64,000 nt of DNA, from IMG/VR virus record IMGVR_UViG_3300049893_002106, positions 6,625-70,624 of that record; one strand, written 5' to 3'. The DNA comes from a virus. Below are positions 20,548 through 31,974 of this stretch, in pieces; positions within the stretch are counted from its first letter, which is position 1; every line of letters starts with the position of its first letter. The position numbers and the translations under genes are program-made. The notes under the pieces were generated by a model that was not told where the DNA came from, did not search any database, and was given only the letters and a program-made list of their open reading frames with translations.

Positions 20548-22048
20548 GAACTTCCATAGTAACTGACATCGAAGTTCCACCGAATTTAATGTCAGTTACT
20601 TTAATGTCTTTATATCTATTATCGCTCTTAAGACTATCTATAAGAATATTGCTAAAAAGAACAGCTTCATCTTGGGAGCCGTAATATACATCTCCAATAT
20701 TTAAAATAATTCCATAAGAATTTTGATGAAAAGGCAGCTCTCCCCGTGTGGTGCGGACAGCATAGTGTATAGCCTGTCTAATATTATCCATACCTACAGA
20801 CAATTGGAAGTTACCTGACTGGTCAATAAGAATATCATTAGTGGCCAGATCTCTTTTAATATCAATCCCGAAAGAAACAAGTGCCTTATCTAGTCTCCTT
20901 AAACTATCTTTCTTTGGTGAAACAACTCCGGCCACTGGAGATCTGACATCGCTAGGTATCATAATAAAAGACCCACTATTGACCGTATGAGGCTTAAATA
21001 CACGAACATACGCCTGATCTTTTGGCAATAAAGAAGATAGATTTTGAGTGCCAGACAGAAACAGAGTTATAGTCCCATCTCCATTCGTGATTTTCTTTTC
21101 AATAACTCTTCGCTCTTCCTTGAATTTCAAAGACCCTACAGCGACGGATTGAGCGACTGGAATATCCATAGATCTAATATCTGGAATAGTAACACTGCCC
21201 GAAGAGCCTGGGGACACCAAATTAAATTTCTCCCCAAACTCATCAACAAAAGGAGGCTGTAAATTATTTACCGTTACAAGCTCATACCACTTGGTTCTGT
21301 CGCCTAAGTGCTTTTGAGCCATATGCTCAAGAGATATTGAAAAAGGAACGGAAGTTACAGATCTATAGGCCGTATTAACCGAAACAGAAGAGCCTGGTGC
21401 AATATTTTTATTTGAAATTTCTAGTAAATTTGGAGGTCTATCTTCTTTTTGCATGAGGTCGAAAATTACACCCTCAATGATTTGCTGAAGAGCTATGACT
21501 CTTTCCATTTGTTCAAAGTCTTGAAAAGTAGATTGTCTTTTGGCTTTCTGAGGCTCTACCCCAAATAACTTGCCCCCGTCAACATCTCCCTTTCCAATCA
21601 ATGAAGAAGCCTGTGCAGCACCCGTCCTTAAATAGAGGATCATAGATCTGAAGTCTGGAATACTGAATTTTAATATTCGGCTATTTTCCCTGTCTACAAG
21701 CTCCTTCTCGCCCTTAACTAGACTAAGTTCAGTTAAAGTGATTTGACGCATAAAAGGAAGAAATGATACAAATTTCGCATTATCTTCAAAAGGATTTTGA
21801 TTACTGCCAAGCTTATAGGCAAGTATTGTTCTGTCTAATTCGGTTAAAGCCGCCCTTACAACTTGGTCGCCCCCTACATTATCATTAAATCTTTTATAGA
21901 GTTTAACCCAATTATCTACAAACCACTTGAACCTATTCTTAGATAAAGAAGGATACATATCTAAGGTCAATGGCTGGCCTAGCCTAAGAGCCATATATAA
22001 GCTAAAGTCAGTAGTTAATTCAAGTAAGTTTGTGTAATTTTTTGCCAT
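20501..22048 (-). CDS. Baseplate protein with LysM-like segment and C-terminal gp25/gpW-like domain (515 aa)
   Basis: LEHMAQKHLGDRTKWYELVTVNNL (LysM-like); GMDNIRQAI...TTRGELPFHQNSYG (gp25-like). Confidence 0.7.
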   Translation of the reverse strand: MAKNYTNLLELTTDFSLYMALRLGQPLTLDMYPSLSKNRFKWFVDNWVKLYKRFNDNVGGDQVVRAALTELDRTILAYKLGSNQNPFEDNAKFVSFLPFMRQITLTELSLVKGEKELVDRENSRILKFSIPDFRSMILYLRTGAAQASSLIGKGDVDGGKLFGVEPQKAKRQSTFQDFEQMERVIALQQIIEGVIFDLMQKEDRPPNLLEISNKNIAPGSSVSVNTAYRSVTSVPFSISLEHMAQKHLGDRTKWYELVTVNNLQPPFVDEFGEKFNLVSPGSSGSVTIPDIRSMDIPVAQSVAVGSLKFKEERRVIEKKITNGDGTITLFLSGTQNLSSLLPKDQAYVRVFKPHTVNSGSFIMIPSDVRSPVAGVVSPKKDSLRRLDKALVSFGIDIKRDLATNDILIDQSGNFQLSVGMDNIRQAIHYAVRTTRGELPFHQNSYGIILNIGDVYYGSQDEAVLFSNILIDSLKSDNRYKDIKVTDIKFGGTSMSVTMEVLIEGSDSPIPLSFAP

Positions 22049-23058
22049 TATATCACCGGAGGTATTACGCCAAGTGCGCCAGCAATGTTTTTAGGGCCGC
22101 CCTGAATTGTTCCAAGTAATTTACCCGCTGCCGATGCCATGCCAGTTATGGTCAGGGTATTGACAGATTTCAAGTCTCCTTTATATCTATCTGTAGGAGC
22201 GCCAAGTTTAGGGTCAGGCTTTGTTGGCTCCCATCCTTGGAAAGCGATTCTATATCTATATAAGTATGGCTCAGAAACGGATTTTTGCCAAGAAAAATCC
22301 CTTAATGAAACCTGAAGCTGCTGCTGATCTTTGTGATTAATAAAGTACATCTTATATTTAGACGGGTTTTGCTCTCTCAAAGCAGCATAAGCATATAAGA
22401 ACTTTTGAAGCTCATGAAGTTCAGTATAGCCGTTGGTATTTTTGCCGCCTTGAACGGCAGATCTTGCATATGGCAATTGAGGTAAAGCAGCGGCACCTGC
22501 TATAGTGCCAATATTGCCGGTTCCTACAGCTCCCAATACATTTCTTACCTTATTGAATGCTCCTGCAATAGCTGCATTAGCTCCAGCTAAAAGACCAGTA
22601 GTAGAAATATAGTCCCTAAATACTGAAGCTGGAACCGTTCTGTCTGGCTCATCTTCTCCCGACCTAGTAACTGCCATGCCAGTAGTTCCGGCAATATTAA
22701 TTGACCAAAATACGGTAGCAGATACTTCCTCAACCACCCCGCCTATAGTGGCAGACACATTAGAGGCAGGGATCATTCTATAGGAAAGAGATTCTGGAGG
22801 TATGGGCAGAGTATATACAAAGCGATGTGGAGGCTTAGTGGCAGATAAGCCGCCTAATATACCTAACGAAGCGCTGTCATCGAAAGATACCACGATCTGA
22901 TATGGAAATGTTTTATACCAAGCGCTGGGCTGAACCGAACCCCACTCCATTCCAAGTTCAGACTCTTTGCCGGAATACATATCCTGAGAGGAAGAGTTAG
23001 CTCCACCTATAGAAAACATATCCCCAGCTTTTTCTTTGGCAAAATCAAATAATCCCAC
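22048..23058 (-). CDS. Baseplate/tail-tube initiator-like virion protein (336 aa)
   Basis: LPIPPESL...TIGGVVEE...INIAGTTG...PYLYRYRI pattern and position in the baseplate module. Confidence 0.6.
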   Translation of the reverse strand: MGLFDFAKEKAGDMFSIGGANSSSQDMYSGKESELGMEWGSVQPSAWYKTFPYQIVVSFDDSASLGILGGLSATKPPHRFVYTLPIPPESLSYRMIPASNVSATIGGVVEEVSATVFWSINIAGTTGMAVTRSGEDEPDRTVPASVFRDYISTTGLLAGANAAIAGAFNKVRNVLGAVGTGNIGTIAGAAALPQLPYARSAVQGGKNTNGYTELHELQKFLYAYAALREQNPSKYKMYFINHKDQQQLQVSLRDFSWQKSVSEPYLYRYRIAFQGWEPTKPDPKLGAPTDRYKGDLKSVNTLTITGMASAAGKLLGTIQGGPKNIAGALGVIPPVI

Positions 23059-23079
23059 TTTAATCCCTCCTTAGTTATT

Positions 23080-23634
23080 CTACAATACAGGAAGAAAAGG
23101 AGCATTGAGAGGGGTAGGGCCAGCCGGTGGGGGTATAGAATTTATCCCGATCACCGAAACAGTCAATAATTTAAAAGCCTTAAGTATTGCTGGGCCGATA
23201 GCAGCGTCCATAGAATTTTGAACAGGGGCGCTTGCTGTGAGCATTGCGACAATAATTTGAGATCCGGCAGCTATTGATGGAGGATCAATAAGGCTCGATA
23301 TTACTACTGAAAATATAGTAGGAGGCGAAGGTGCCCCTACCGAAGACCCCGGAGCCACTACCACTGTAGAGACCGCTGTAGCTGATTGCCAAGCCGAAGC
23401 TATTACCTGTGCGCCAGAGGCCGTTGTCGGTGACGGAGCCATAGTTTTTAAAATATTTTCAAAAATAGCCTTTTGCCAAGTAAAAGTCACTTGTCCGGTA
23501 ATCCCGGAAATCTGAAGTTTATTGGTAACTCTTTGATCAACAATATTTGCAATATTAGTTGGCCACTCCATCTTGCTATCTGGGGCTAAACTAGCAAACT
23601 GCTGTTTCCATATCGGTTCTGGATCTATGGGCAT
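23080..23634 (-). CDS. Hypothetical baseplate/spike-associated protein (184 aa)
   Basis: Coupled to the spike gene; Pro/Ala-rich. Confidence 0.55.
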   Translation of the reverse strand: MPIDPEPIWKQQFASLAPDSKMEWPTNIANIVDQRVTNKLQISGITGQVTFTWQKAIFENILKTMAPSPTTASGAQVIASAWQSATAVSTVVVAPGSSVGAPSPPTIFSVVISSLIDPPSIAAGSQIIVAMLTASAPVQNSMDAAIGPAILKAFKLLTVSVIGINSIPPPAGPTPLNAPFLPVL

Positions 23635-23635
23635 A

Positions 23636-25024
23636 CTACCCCTTCATCCCGTTAATTTTAACTTTAATGGCGGCAAAGGCAGCCGCATTAATGGGAGGCC
23701 CAGACGGGCCAACGCCAGTGGGGACTGTTAATTGGGAGATTGCATCTATAGCCTCAATAATTAATGCCAGTAATTCGCCAGTAGCGCCTTTGATGGCTAC
23801 TTTACCGCTTTTCATAGTTATGCTGGCTACGGCCTCTTTAATTTCCCATCCGCTTATAGCCGACATAGCACCGCTGCCCTTAGAGTCTAGTGAATAGTCC
23901 CCAGTAACATCGAACGATGCAGCCCCGGTAATTGAAAACGAAGTGTCTCCAGTTACACTAACTGTATAGTTGCCTGTAATGTCTGAAGTTAAATCACCGG
24001 AGACAGTGACAGACATATCGCCAGATACGCTTCCCGTATAGTTACCGGAAATCGTATCTTCTGCATCACCGCCTATAGTTACTGTCCTATCCCCATCAAT
24101 AGATATTTCATGGTCGCCAGTAATAGAGTCGGTTTTACTTCCGCCTACCGTATATTCTTCGTCTCCCTCTATAGATACAGTATTGTCTCCAGTGGCCGAT
24201 ACTTCTATGTCTCCCTCAGAAACTACCGATATTAATTCGGTAGCGCCTATCTCCAGCATTCCTTCACCAGAATCTAAGAGTAGATATTCTCCGTCACTGG
24301 AAGATAGAGAAGCGCCCAAACTCTCAATAGTCTTTTTGCCCGCATTTGTAAGCTTAATTATTCCTTCTGTGCGATCCATGAGGAACTGCTGTCCATCGTA
24401 GTCATATACTGTAAATACCCCATCATCTAAAAATTCCATGATGGTTATACCTTCTTCTGGAGCAGGCTCTACCGCTGGATTAGATTTGGTAGCATTACTT
24501 TCTTTTCCCGTAAGGCTGCCAAGATCTGGAATGGCAAACCCAGAAGCTTTCTTTATAGTTGGCGCTCCACGGTGAATAATTTTTAGCTGACCTGTTTCGT
24601 CAACAAAAAACTCCATCCCTAGATATATTAATTTAGATTGGGGCTTAAGGCTATCGTGCCCCTTAAAGTGATTAGTTTCTTTTGGATGGGGAAGATAGCC
24701 AATAATCAATGGCCTTCTAATGTCTCCACCTAAAAAACAAACAACAACCCTATCTCCAACATTTGTTTCGTTTTCTTTCTCATCCGAAGAAAAGTCAATA
24801 GTCTCTTCGTCATCTGTCCCTCTAAGTCTGCCTTGGAATTGATCCGCAATGCCGCCAAATATAGAAGCCTGCAAAACCTTGCTTACAACAGACCGAGACC
24901 CATTTGGGAAAGTAACCAATACATCGTAATATATTGAAGAAGCTCCGCCCTTGCCAGATCCTTTTGAGACCTTCAATACTTCACCGTCAAGTAAATATGG
25001 CATAGTTATAGATGCAGGTATCAT
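23636..25024 (-). CDS. Baseplate spike (gp5/gpV-like)
   Basis: OB-fold motif VGDRVVVCFLGGDIRRPLIIG; 8-residue beta-helix repeats (xxxSIxGD); C-terminal TVPTGVGPSGPPIN. Confidence 0.85.
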   Translation of the reverse strand: MIPASITMPYLLDGEVLKVSKGSGKGGASSIYYDVLVTFPNGSRSVVSKVLQASIFGGIADQFQGRLRGTDDEETIDFSSDEKENETNVGDRVVVCFLGGDIRRPLIIGYLPHPKETNHFKGHDSLKPQSKLIYLGMEFFVDETGQLKIIHRGAPTIKKASGFAIPDLGSLTGKESNATKSNPAVEPAPEEGITIMEFLDDGVFTVYDYDGQQFLMDRTEGIIKLTNAGKKTIESLGASLSSSDGEYLLLDSGEGMLEIGATELISVVSEGDIEVSATGDNTVSIEGDEEYTVGGSKTDSITGDHEISIDGDRTVTIGGDAEDTISGNYTGSVSGDMSVTVSGDLTSDITGNYTVSVTGDTSFSITGAASFDVTGDYSLDSKGSGAMSAISGWEIKEAVASITMKSGKVAIKGATGELLALIIEAIDAISQLTVPTGVGPSGPPINAAAFAAIKVKINGMKG

Positions 25025-27102
25025 GCGATTATGCCTCTATCTTTCACTCTCTGATAATCTATTGCATCTTGAATGCCCTCTTTACCTTCATCGTTTACGG
25101 CTTTTATAGAATTGCGAATCTCTTTGCCATGAATTACGTTGGTAAGCTCATATGGCTCCATAGGGACAAGATCATTATCTCCGCCAACATCGCCTAAAGT
25201 AGGTCCAACAAACCCAGTTAAAGAAGACAATACGCCCTCTTTGCTTCCCTTGGTTTTAGTGATACGATCCAGGGAAATTGTTACCGATGTTGATTCAAGT
25301 CCGGTGTTTTGAACACTAAAATCAAAATTAAGACTATTAACATGGCCTACAAGATCCATATCGCCAATCCTAAAAATAATATTCATGCCCACCGCCAAAG
25401 GAAGATTACAGTCCTTAATTGATAGGCTGCCGGTCGGGGTTTTATAATATTCTCCCCACCAAATATCTAGCATATCTCTAACTTGAATAAACCACGCAGA
25501 ATTATCTGCACCCCCTGTAAAATCCAGGTCGCCAAGTGCCTGAGACTGAGTAGCAATAGACGTTGGATCTAGGCTGCCCTTATTAAAGTCTTGCCCAATA
25601 AATTGAACCTGAGGAAAATATTCCATCCCTCCAAATCTTAATATTTCTTTCTTTCTTGACCTTACGGTTCCATATGCCCTAGATAAAGTAGATTCAGCTC
25701 CAGACTTTAACAGGCCGCCTGTGTATTCCAATCGAATATAGTTAAATGACCCTGCCGTAGTAGGATTCATTGAAAAGGATTGAATAAATTCTGCCGGAAT
25801 CCTAATCCTAGGAAGATCATCGTATTTAGTCCATTCAGCGCTGGAGAGACTTGGCTTTGCATCAAATAAAGATCTAAGGGCAAAGGGCTTATCTCTTAGT
25901 ACGATAACGGGCTTAGCTATAATTCGCTTTTTATCAGATGAAAGCTCATACCAAATATCGGTAAATAATTCATTAAATTCTGGATCACTATATTGCGATG
26001 CAAGTTCCCATGCAGAAAATCCTTGCGTGAATAAAAGCTGCATACCAAAAGTATTTGGCCTGTTTTTTGGCTTAGGATTCATAATCGGGCCAGATAGCAG
26101 AGAGGAAGTGATCTCCTTCAAAGAAGAAAGAACGCTTGGCCCTCCAATGCCACCTGAAGTAACCCAGGAATTTGAAATTTCATCTTCTCCAAATAGTCCA
26201 TCCCAGCTTCCGTCATTGTGGGCGGCCTTTGTCTGGGTGCCAGTTACAATACTAACAAACCCAGAAGTAAACGGGTCTTTATTATCAACTCCATCAAGCC
26301 CGATAGAAGTTAATAGAGCTTTAGGTATTGCTGGCATCCGAACAGATACATCTGAGAGTTTGAGATCTTGAAATTCTTCAATTTTAGAGTAAGTTACACT
26401 TGTATTAGTAACTCCAATTAATTGAAAAATTAAATGAACATATTCAAACGGATTCAACACGACTTCATGAAGACGATTCATCGCCTCTTTAGTGAGAGCA
26501 GAATTGGCAATCATGCCAAGAGCTGCCTCCGGCTGGGCAGCGTGAATAATTGAGAGATCGTCAAACCTAATAGCGGCCATGAGCATTGCGCCCCAAGACC
26601 TCACCATAACCGTAGTCTGCTGAGACAGCAGGCCGGTCGAAGGGTCTTTTGTATATGAAATACTCATATCAGTAATCATTCCAATGAACCTTGGAACGCC
26701 AAGAGCCGCTATTTTTGTCAAAGAAGGTATCTCCGCTTCACCTTCCTGCGCCATAAGATTTGCAGTAGATCTTAATACGACCCAACTACCTAATACTACA
26801 GACCTGTCCACTGGGCCACGAATAACAAATCGCATGAAATTATCTGGAGCGCCTTTCTTCCGATTAAAAGAAATAGCAGTGACTCCAGTTAAAATAACCG
26901 CCTCTCCATCTGGATCTGGCTCAGGAAAAGATCCGTCTCCAGCAACAGAAGAGAGCATGGAAGAAAATCCAGATAGTGCGCCTGCGGCTGCCGAAGGAGA
27001 TGGAATACCATCAGCAAAAGGGGAGGGGGAACCGCCTGGATATAGAGGCTCCCAAGGGAACACCTCTACTGACCACCTTACTGATGAAATTGCGTTTCCC
27101 AT
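25021..27102 (-). CDS. Baseplate hub protein (gp27-like, 693 aa)
   Basis: Lies between tape measure and spike; DPEFNELFTD...PVIVLRDKPF motif of hub proteins. Confidence 0.7.
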   Translation of the reverse strand: MGNAISSVRWSVEVFPWEPLYPGGSPSPFADGIPSPSAAAGALSGFSSMLSSVAGDGSFPEPDPDGEAVILTGVTAISFNRKKGAPDNFMRFVIRGPVDRSVVLGSWVVLRSTANLMAQEGEAEIPSLTKIAALGVPRFIGMITDMSISYTKDPSTGLLSQQTTVMVRSWGAMLMAAIRFDDLSIIHAAQPEAALGMIANSALTKEAMNRLHEVVLNPFEYVHLIFQLIGVTNTSVTYSKIEEFQDLKLSDVSVRMPAIPKALLTSIGLDGVDNKDPFTSGFVSIVTGTQTKAAHNDGSWDGLFGEDEISNSWVTSGGIGGPSVLSSLKEITSSLLSGPIMNPKPKNRPNTFGMQLLFTQGFSAWELASQYSDPEFNELFTDIWYELSSDKKRIIAKPVIVLRDKPFALRSLFDAKPSLSSAEWTKYDDLPRIRIPAEFIQSFSMNPTTAGSFNYIRLEYTGGLLKSGAESTLSRAYGTVRSRKKEILRFGGMEYFPQVQFIGQDFNKGSLDPTSIATQSQALGDLDFTGGADNSAWFIQVRDMLDIWWGEYYKTPTGSLSIKDCNLPLAVGMNIIFRIGDMDLVGHVNSLNFDFSVQNTGLESTSVTISLDRITKTKGSKEGVLSSLTGFVGPTLGDVGGDNDLVPMEPYELTNVIHGKEIRNSIKAVNDEGKEGIQDAIDYQRVKDRGIIA

Positions 27103-27110
27103 TTAATTCC

Positions 27111-30100
27111 CTAATTTGTTTTGCCGTTTCTTGGAGCCGGTGCCTCTCCACGGTGGGAGAGTTTTCCGCCAAGCTTAGTAGTTGCATTATCTATCGCAGT
27201 TACTAGATCTGTCAAGGCAGATTTAAAATTCTGAGACGATCCGGTTAAATTATTTTTAATTTCATCGGCAGACATTTGAAGAGTCTTTTTAAAGTCCATC
27301 TGACTTTCAGTAACATTCTGAATATGCGGTCTGTCTAAAGCAGCCTGAACATCTCTTGCTTCTGCGCTTCCTTTATATTTCGCATCAGACGCAAGCCGTT
27401 TAGTATGGGCTTCGTAGACATCTCTTGTGATTTTTCTGCCTTTATCTGAAGTGATAAACCCAGAATCTCCCAGTTGATTAAAAAGGGCTTCAGGATCAGA
27501 AACGGATGTCGCCTTGAGCGATGCGCTAATAGATTCTTGAGATTTTGCCCTATTGACATTTACAGCGACATCTCTGCCCGAATCTGCTAGATTATTATAT
27601 GCTTGCATATTGGGAGTGAAAGTTTTAATCCCGGCTTGACGTAGCATATCGTAACCCATGAGCATTCCAGATTGAGCTGTTTGGCCTCTCATGGTAGATC
27701 CAACCTCAGCCCACCTAGCAGTAAAGTTACTAATCATTTCGCGCTTTTTCTTGGTGTCGGTTTCAGCGGAAATCGCTTTAATTTCGTCGGAAGCAGACTT
27801 ACCAGTTACAAACTGATACATAGCTTTAGAAACAGAGGACTGGCCCTTGCTCACTGAAGATAGTTTCTCTTTTGCTTTGGCGATTTTTTCAGCGTCCGTA
27901 GATCCTTCAGAGAGTCTGACGATATTTTGGAGATTAATATCGGTAATATCATCCAAGCTTTTTGCTGAAGACAAAGTTTCAAGGTGTTCTCCTACTTGCT
28001 GAGAAGAAAGACCCATCATTTGGCCTAAACCACCTCCAAATCTAGCTCCAACTCCCATGGCTCCAACAAACTTAGCCGCTCCTGTTAATCCTCCTGTTTG
28101 AGAAGTTTCAGCAGCTACATTTGCGGCAGCTCCCATTGCCATAGACATGGAGCGCAAATCACCCCTTCCGGTCGTACTCATAAATTGAGTAGCTCCGGCC
28201 AAATACTCTGAAGCTCTATTGGTATTCACTAGAGAATTTGACATGGCAAATTGCATGGAAGAATCGGTAAATCTTTGGCGGTCTAAAGCAGATTCCCAAC
28301 CTAAGGAATTGGCGTTAGCGTACATATTTTGCAAGCTTTGGAAATTATTATTTCCACCACGAATAGCATTTAATTGTACGAGCCTAGAAACATTCTGGTC
28401 AAAAGAGCCAAAACCAGCGAACTCCATATCTATCATGCGGTTAACTCCGCCAAGACCAGTCATTTTATATCCTGGGCCAGCAGCGGCATGAAATAAGTTC
28501 ATCTTGTCCGTATAAGCAGCGAGGGACATTCCTCTTTCTGCGGCAGCAGAAGATTTATACTCTCCCGACAACGGATCAATACCGGCCATCGCCCTATTGA
28601 TAGCGGTTGCACTAGCTGCATCCTGCTTCATCTTGCTATCGGTTTTAGCGCCACGGGTTAGATTATTTAATTGTTTATTTGCCGCATCAAACTTATCAAT
28701 TAACTCGTTAGGTATAAAAGCATCTTCGCCAAGAACCGACCACTTTCTGCCCGTAACCGGATCTATCGAAGTCAAAGATCCAGCGTCTCTTGCCTGAACA
28801 GCCCTCATTCTCTCTGCCCTAAGATCTACTGACTGCCTGACTATAGAACGAGAAGCCATACCTGCGGCCAATGCGCCACCCTGTATAATCACTTCATTAT
28901 CCGCTGCTGTATATGTTCCACCGGCAGACATTATCTGAGCTGCTTTTTTTGCCTCAGGAAGTCCAAGCCTATGAATAAGATCAATAGCATCCCCACGGGA
29001 TAGTGAACCTCCAGAAGCGCTTACTACAGAGTGGGACTGAGGGGCGTATTCACTTTTGATAACGTGTTTAAGAAATTTTTCTTGACCTGCCGGAGTATTA
29101 AATTGCGCTGCCGTAATACCAGCTTTTGCAAAGTTTTCTGGAGTAGTCCAAGCGTTGGTAAACTGAAAAGCTCCCCTAGCAGAGGAGGTGGAAGACTGGG
29201 CCGCTGCCGCCTCTTCCATAGACATTCCAGTAGTTTCGCCAGCCTTAATGCCAGCCATAATGCCGCCAAGATTCATTCCATCTACAAACTCATTCCCATA
29301 TTTCTTTCTAAAATATGCAGTAGTTGCAGAGGTTTGCTCTTTCATGATATTTTTATTATAAGCCTGTGCGCTTCTAGTGCTTTGACCTATCTGGCGCATT
29401 TGATCTTGTTTTTCTGAAATTTCCTTGCCAACTAACACCTCATTCCAGGCGTTATGTGACAATGCCCCTAAAAGTCTTTTGCCGCGACCTTGAGCCTGCA
29501 CTACATCGAGATAGTCTCTTCCGCCAACCAATTCCATCTGACGGCTTTGCACTTCAAGATCTTGAAGTTCATTTGCGGTTCCGAGAATATCCCTGCCTGC
29601 CATTTTAGTGGCAAGCATTTTATTTTCAGCGGCCATAAGAGCTTGTTGCTTATCAGTTAATCCAAAATTAAGCCATCCCGCAATGCCGCCAACTGACCCA
29701 CCCTGACGCAACATTTCAGATCTTGAATTAAGAGAGCCTGAAATATCAGATATTCCGCTGGCTGTAAGGCCAGCCGCAGAAGAAGCTAAAATTGCCGATA
29801 CAGGGGGAGCCACCGAACTATATGTCGCGCCAACGGCTGACGCAGCAGCTCCGGCCAGTTTTGCTGCTCCGGTTATTTTCCCCCATAAAGAATCATTTTC
29901 AGATATTCTTAAATTTTGGGAAAACTCTCTTAAAGATTCCATGCGAGCATTAGCTTCGCCCTTCGCTCCAATAAACTGACCTTCACCAGTAGCAAGGCTG
30001 ATTGGGCCTCTATATTTCAATACATTTTCAATATTGGTCATATCTCCAGCCCCAAGCCTTCTGCTCATGAGCAATTGAGATATTTCTGAGTCTACTGCCA

Positions 30101-31388
30101 AGGATTTTCTTACTGCACCTTCGTTAGTACGAAGCATACCCTGATGAATATTAAATCCCGCTGCCGCCAAAGGAGCCATACCAGCGATGGCACCTTTAAG
30201 TCCATTAATCATCTCCTTGAGATTACTCTTAAAGGAGCCACCATCTCCATCTCCTCCGCCACCACCAAAATTCTTTTGAATTTCGTTATTGCGCTCTATA
30301 GTATTATTTAACTTTTCAGTGGAGCGCCTTAGATCCTGCACGGCCTTATCATAAGCAACATCTCCTGGGCCTTTACCAGAGGCTCTAACTTCGGCAAGGC
30401 GCTTATCGGCCTCTAATGATTTTTCTCTAAACTCCCTTAACTCAGAAGCTATCTGGCTTAAGGCGCGAGCAGCTTCTTGGTCTGCACCGGAGGCGCTTTT
30501 TGCCAGTCTTTGAGCAGTAGATGTAGCTGTGGCTGCCATCTGTGCCGTATCAGTTTGCATAGTCCTTTTAATGTCGCCAAAAGAAAGGCCAAGCGAAGGA
30601 TCTTTCAATAGAGATGCCTTAACAGACTGACTCGCCCTGTCTGATTCGCTAAAGAACAAAGGAGATGACGAATGTGCCTCTTTTATAGCCTGTCTAGCAG
30701 TTCTTTTTTCATTCTCTAGGGAAATAGTCCTCTGAAGGTCTTCTTCTGGAAGACCAGCCATCCTGACTGCCATCTGGATAGATGAATCTTTGGATAGATT
30801 TTTAATTCCAGATAAGTGGGCGCGGTTTAAAGACTTCATCTCCAAGCCCAATTGACTTGGAGTAGCTCCCTCTTCTAGCCTTCTCATTGCGGCATTGAGA
30901 ACATCTACCGATGTAGCGCCACCTGGATCTAAAGATGTAACTCCAGAAGAGCTTCTCATATAGGCCAATGCGGAGCGGTGAGCTTCTGGGCCGAACTTAT
31001 TTCTTACTGCGTTTCGGTCGATATGAAGGAAATTCTCTGAGCGCTGACGCTCCATCATTTCTACTGCGCCTCTAGTATTAGCATCTAGTTTGGCGCGGTT
31101 TTCCATTTCTGCTTGGTGCGCTGATCTACTCAGCTCAGCCTGAATATGGGCCTGAAGCGGGTTAGAAGCTCCAGACATCGACTGGAAAGTTGAAGCCCCT
31201 TGAGGCGTAGTAAAACTCAGACCTTGAGAGTTAGCTGTTCCGGCAGCGCTTCCCATTGAGCCAAGGCTTTGAGATACTGCTCTGCCCGCTGTCGTTATCG
31301 TCTCGGACAACGAAGAAATCATGTTTTTCAGTTCGCCTAAGCTGCGAATCTGATCATTAAGATTAAGGGAAATTCTTTTATCTGCCAT
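27111..31388 (-). CDS. Tape measure protein with lysozyme-like domain (1425 aa)
   Basis: Ala/Gly/Ser-rich helical sequence upstream of the hub; IKAGETTG...SSARGAFQFT resembles a lytic transglycosylase/lysozyme motif. Confidence 0.8.
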   Translation of the reverse strand: MADKRISLNLNDQIRSLGELKNMISSLSETITTAGRAVSQSLGSMGSAAGTANSQGLSFTTPQGASTFQSMSGASNPLQAHIQAELSRSAHQAEMENRAKLDANTRGAVEMMERQRSENFLHIDRNAVRNKFGPEAHRSALAYMRSSSGVTSLDPGGATSVDVLNAAMRRLEEGATPSQLGLEMKSLNRAHLSGIKNLSKDSSIQMAVRMAGLPEEDLQRTISLENEKRTARQAIKEAHSSSPLFFSESDRASQSVKASLLKDPSLGLSFGDIKRTMQTDTAQMAATATSTAQRLAKSASGADQEAARALSQIASELREFREKSLEADKRLAEVRASGKGPGDVAYDKAVQDLRRSTEKLNNTIERNNEIQKNFGGGGGDGDGGSFKSNLKEMINGLKGAIAGMAPLAAAGFNIHQGMLRTNEGAVRKSLAVDSEISQLLMSRRLGAGDMTNIENVLKYRGPISLATGEGQFIGAKGEANARMESLREFSQNLRISENDSLWGKITGAAKLAGAAASAVGATYSSVAPPVSAILASSAAGLTASGISDISGSLNSRSEMLRQGGSVGGIAGWLNFGLTDKQQALMAAENKMLATKMAGRDILGTANELQDLEVQSRQMELVGGRDYLDVVQAQGRGKRLLGALSHNAWNEVLVGKEISEKQDQMRQIGQSTRSAQAYNKNIMKEQTSATTAYFRKKYGNEFVDGMNLGGIMAGIKAGETTGMSMEEAAAAQSSTSSARGAFQFTNAWTTPENFAKAGITAAQFNTPAGQEKFLKHVIKSEYAPQSHSVVSASGGSLSRGDAIDLIHRLGLPEAKKAAQIMSAGGTYTAADNEVIIQGGALAAGMASRSIVRQSVDLRAERMRAVQARDAGSLTSIDPVTGRKWSVLGEDAFIPNELIDKFDAANKQLNNLTRGAKTDSKMKQDAASATAINRAMAGIDPLSGEYKSSAAAERGMSLAAYTDKMNLFHAAAGPGYKMTGLGGVNRMIDMEFAGFGSFDQNVSRLVQLNAIRGGNNNFQSLQNMYANANSLGWESALDRQRFTDSSMQFAMSNSLVNTNRASEYLAGATQFMSTTGRGDLRSMSMAMGAAANVAAETSQTGGLTGAAKFVGAMGVGARFGGGLGQMMGLSSQQVGEHLETLSSAKSLDDITDINLQNIVRLSEGSTDAEKIAKAKEKLSSVSKGQSSVSKAMYQFVTGKSASDEIKAISAETDTKKKREMISNFTARWAEVGSTMRGQTAQSGMLMGYDMLRQAGIKTFTPNMQAYNNLADSGRDVAVNVNRAKSQESISASLKATSVSDPEALFNQLGDSGFITSDKGRKITRDVYEAHTKRLASDAKYKGSAEARDVQAALDRPHIQNVTESQMDFKKTLQMSADEIKNNLTGSSQNFKSALTDLVTAIDNATTKLGGKLSHRGEAPAPRNGKTN

Positions 31389-31542
31389 GAAATCCTCAAC
31401 AAATCTATTCTATTTTATCAGAAATAGATAGGGTTGGCAAGGAAGGCTATATCAAGGTGGAATAATTTTGGAAGATAATAATAGGTGGGAATATCGAAGA
31501 CTTACAAGAAAATTAGACAATATAGCCCTTAATTATTTTACC

Positions 31543-31974
31543 CTACTGACGATAAGCCAATAGACTATTCCTAGTGGCTGCACAAGTAATTTTAATTTTC
31601 TCGCCAGAAGAGTGCCATTTCTTGGCGTATGCCCCTTGGCACTTAATTCCTGGCATTTCACATAAAATTAACCTAGGCTTTTCAAAAATAACCTCAGAGC
31701 CTACTACATGCTCTTCAAAAGCATTAATATCTTTAATTAAATGGCAAGCAAATTCAGCCTCACGAACATGATCATCGAAAATATTTGAGCTTAAAGTAGG
31801 TATTTTTGCCAATAATTTCTTATGTATAGAGATTAGCTTCTTTTTCGCTTGCTTCTGAGTCTCCCAGAAAGCTACGACATCTACCGACTCCTCTGAGTCT
31901 GGATAAATAAATACATCGGACACGGTATAAATAATTCCGTTCGAGACAAAAGAAATAGTATATAAATCAGTCAT
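31543..31974 (-). CDS. Hypothetical protein (143 aa)
   Basis: ORF with ATGA overlap to the upstream gene. Confidence 0.6.
   Translation of the reverse strand: MTDLYTISFVSNGIIYTVSDVFIYPDSEESVDVVAFWETQKQAKKKLISIHKKLLAKIPTLSSNIFDDHVREAEFACHLIKDINAFEEHVVGSEVIFEKPRLILCEMPGIKCQGAYAKKWHSSGEKIKITCAATRNSLLAYRQ

Noticed and set aside
30405-30431. GCCGATAA match inside the tape measure gene
   Set aside because: Intragenic and no TAAAG at the 11-nt spacing
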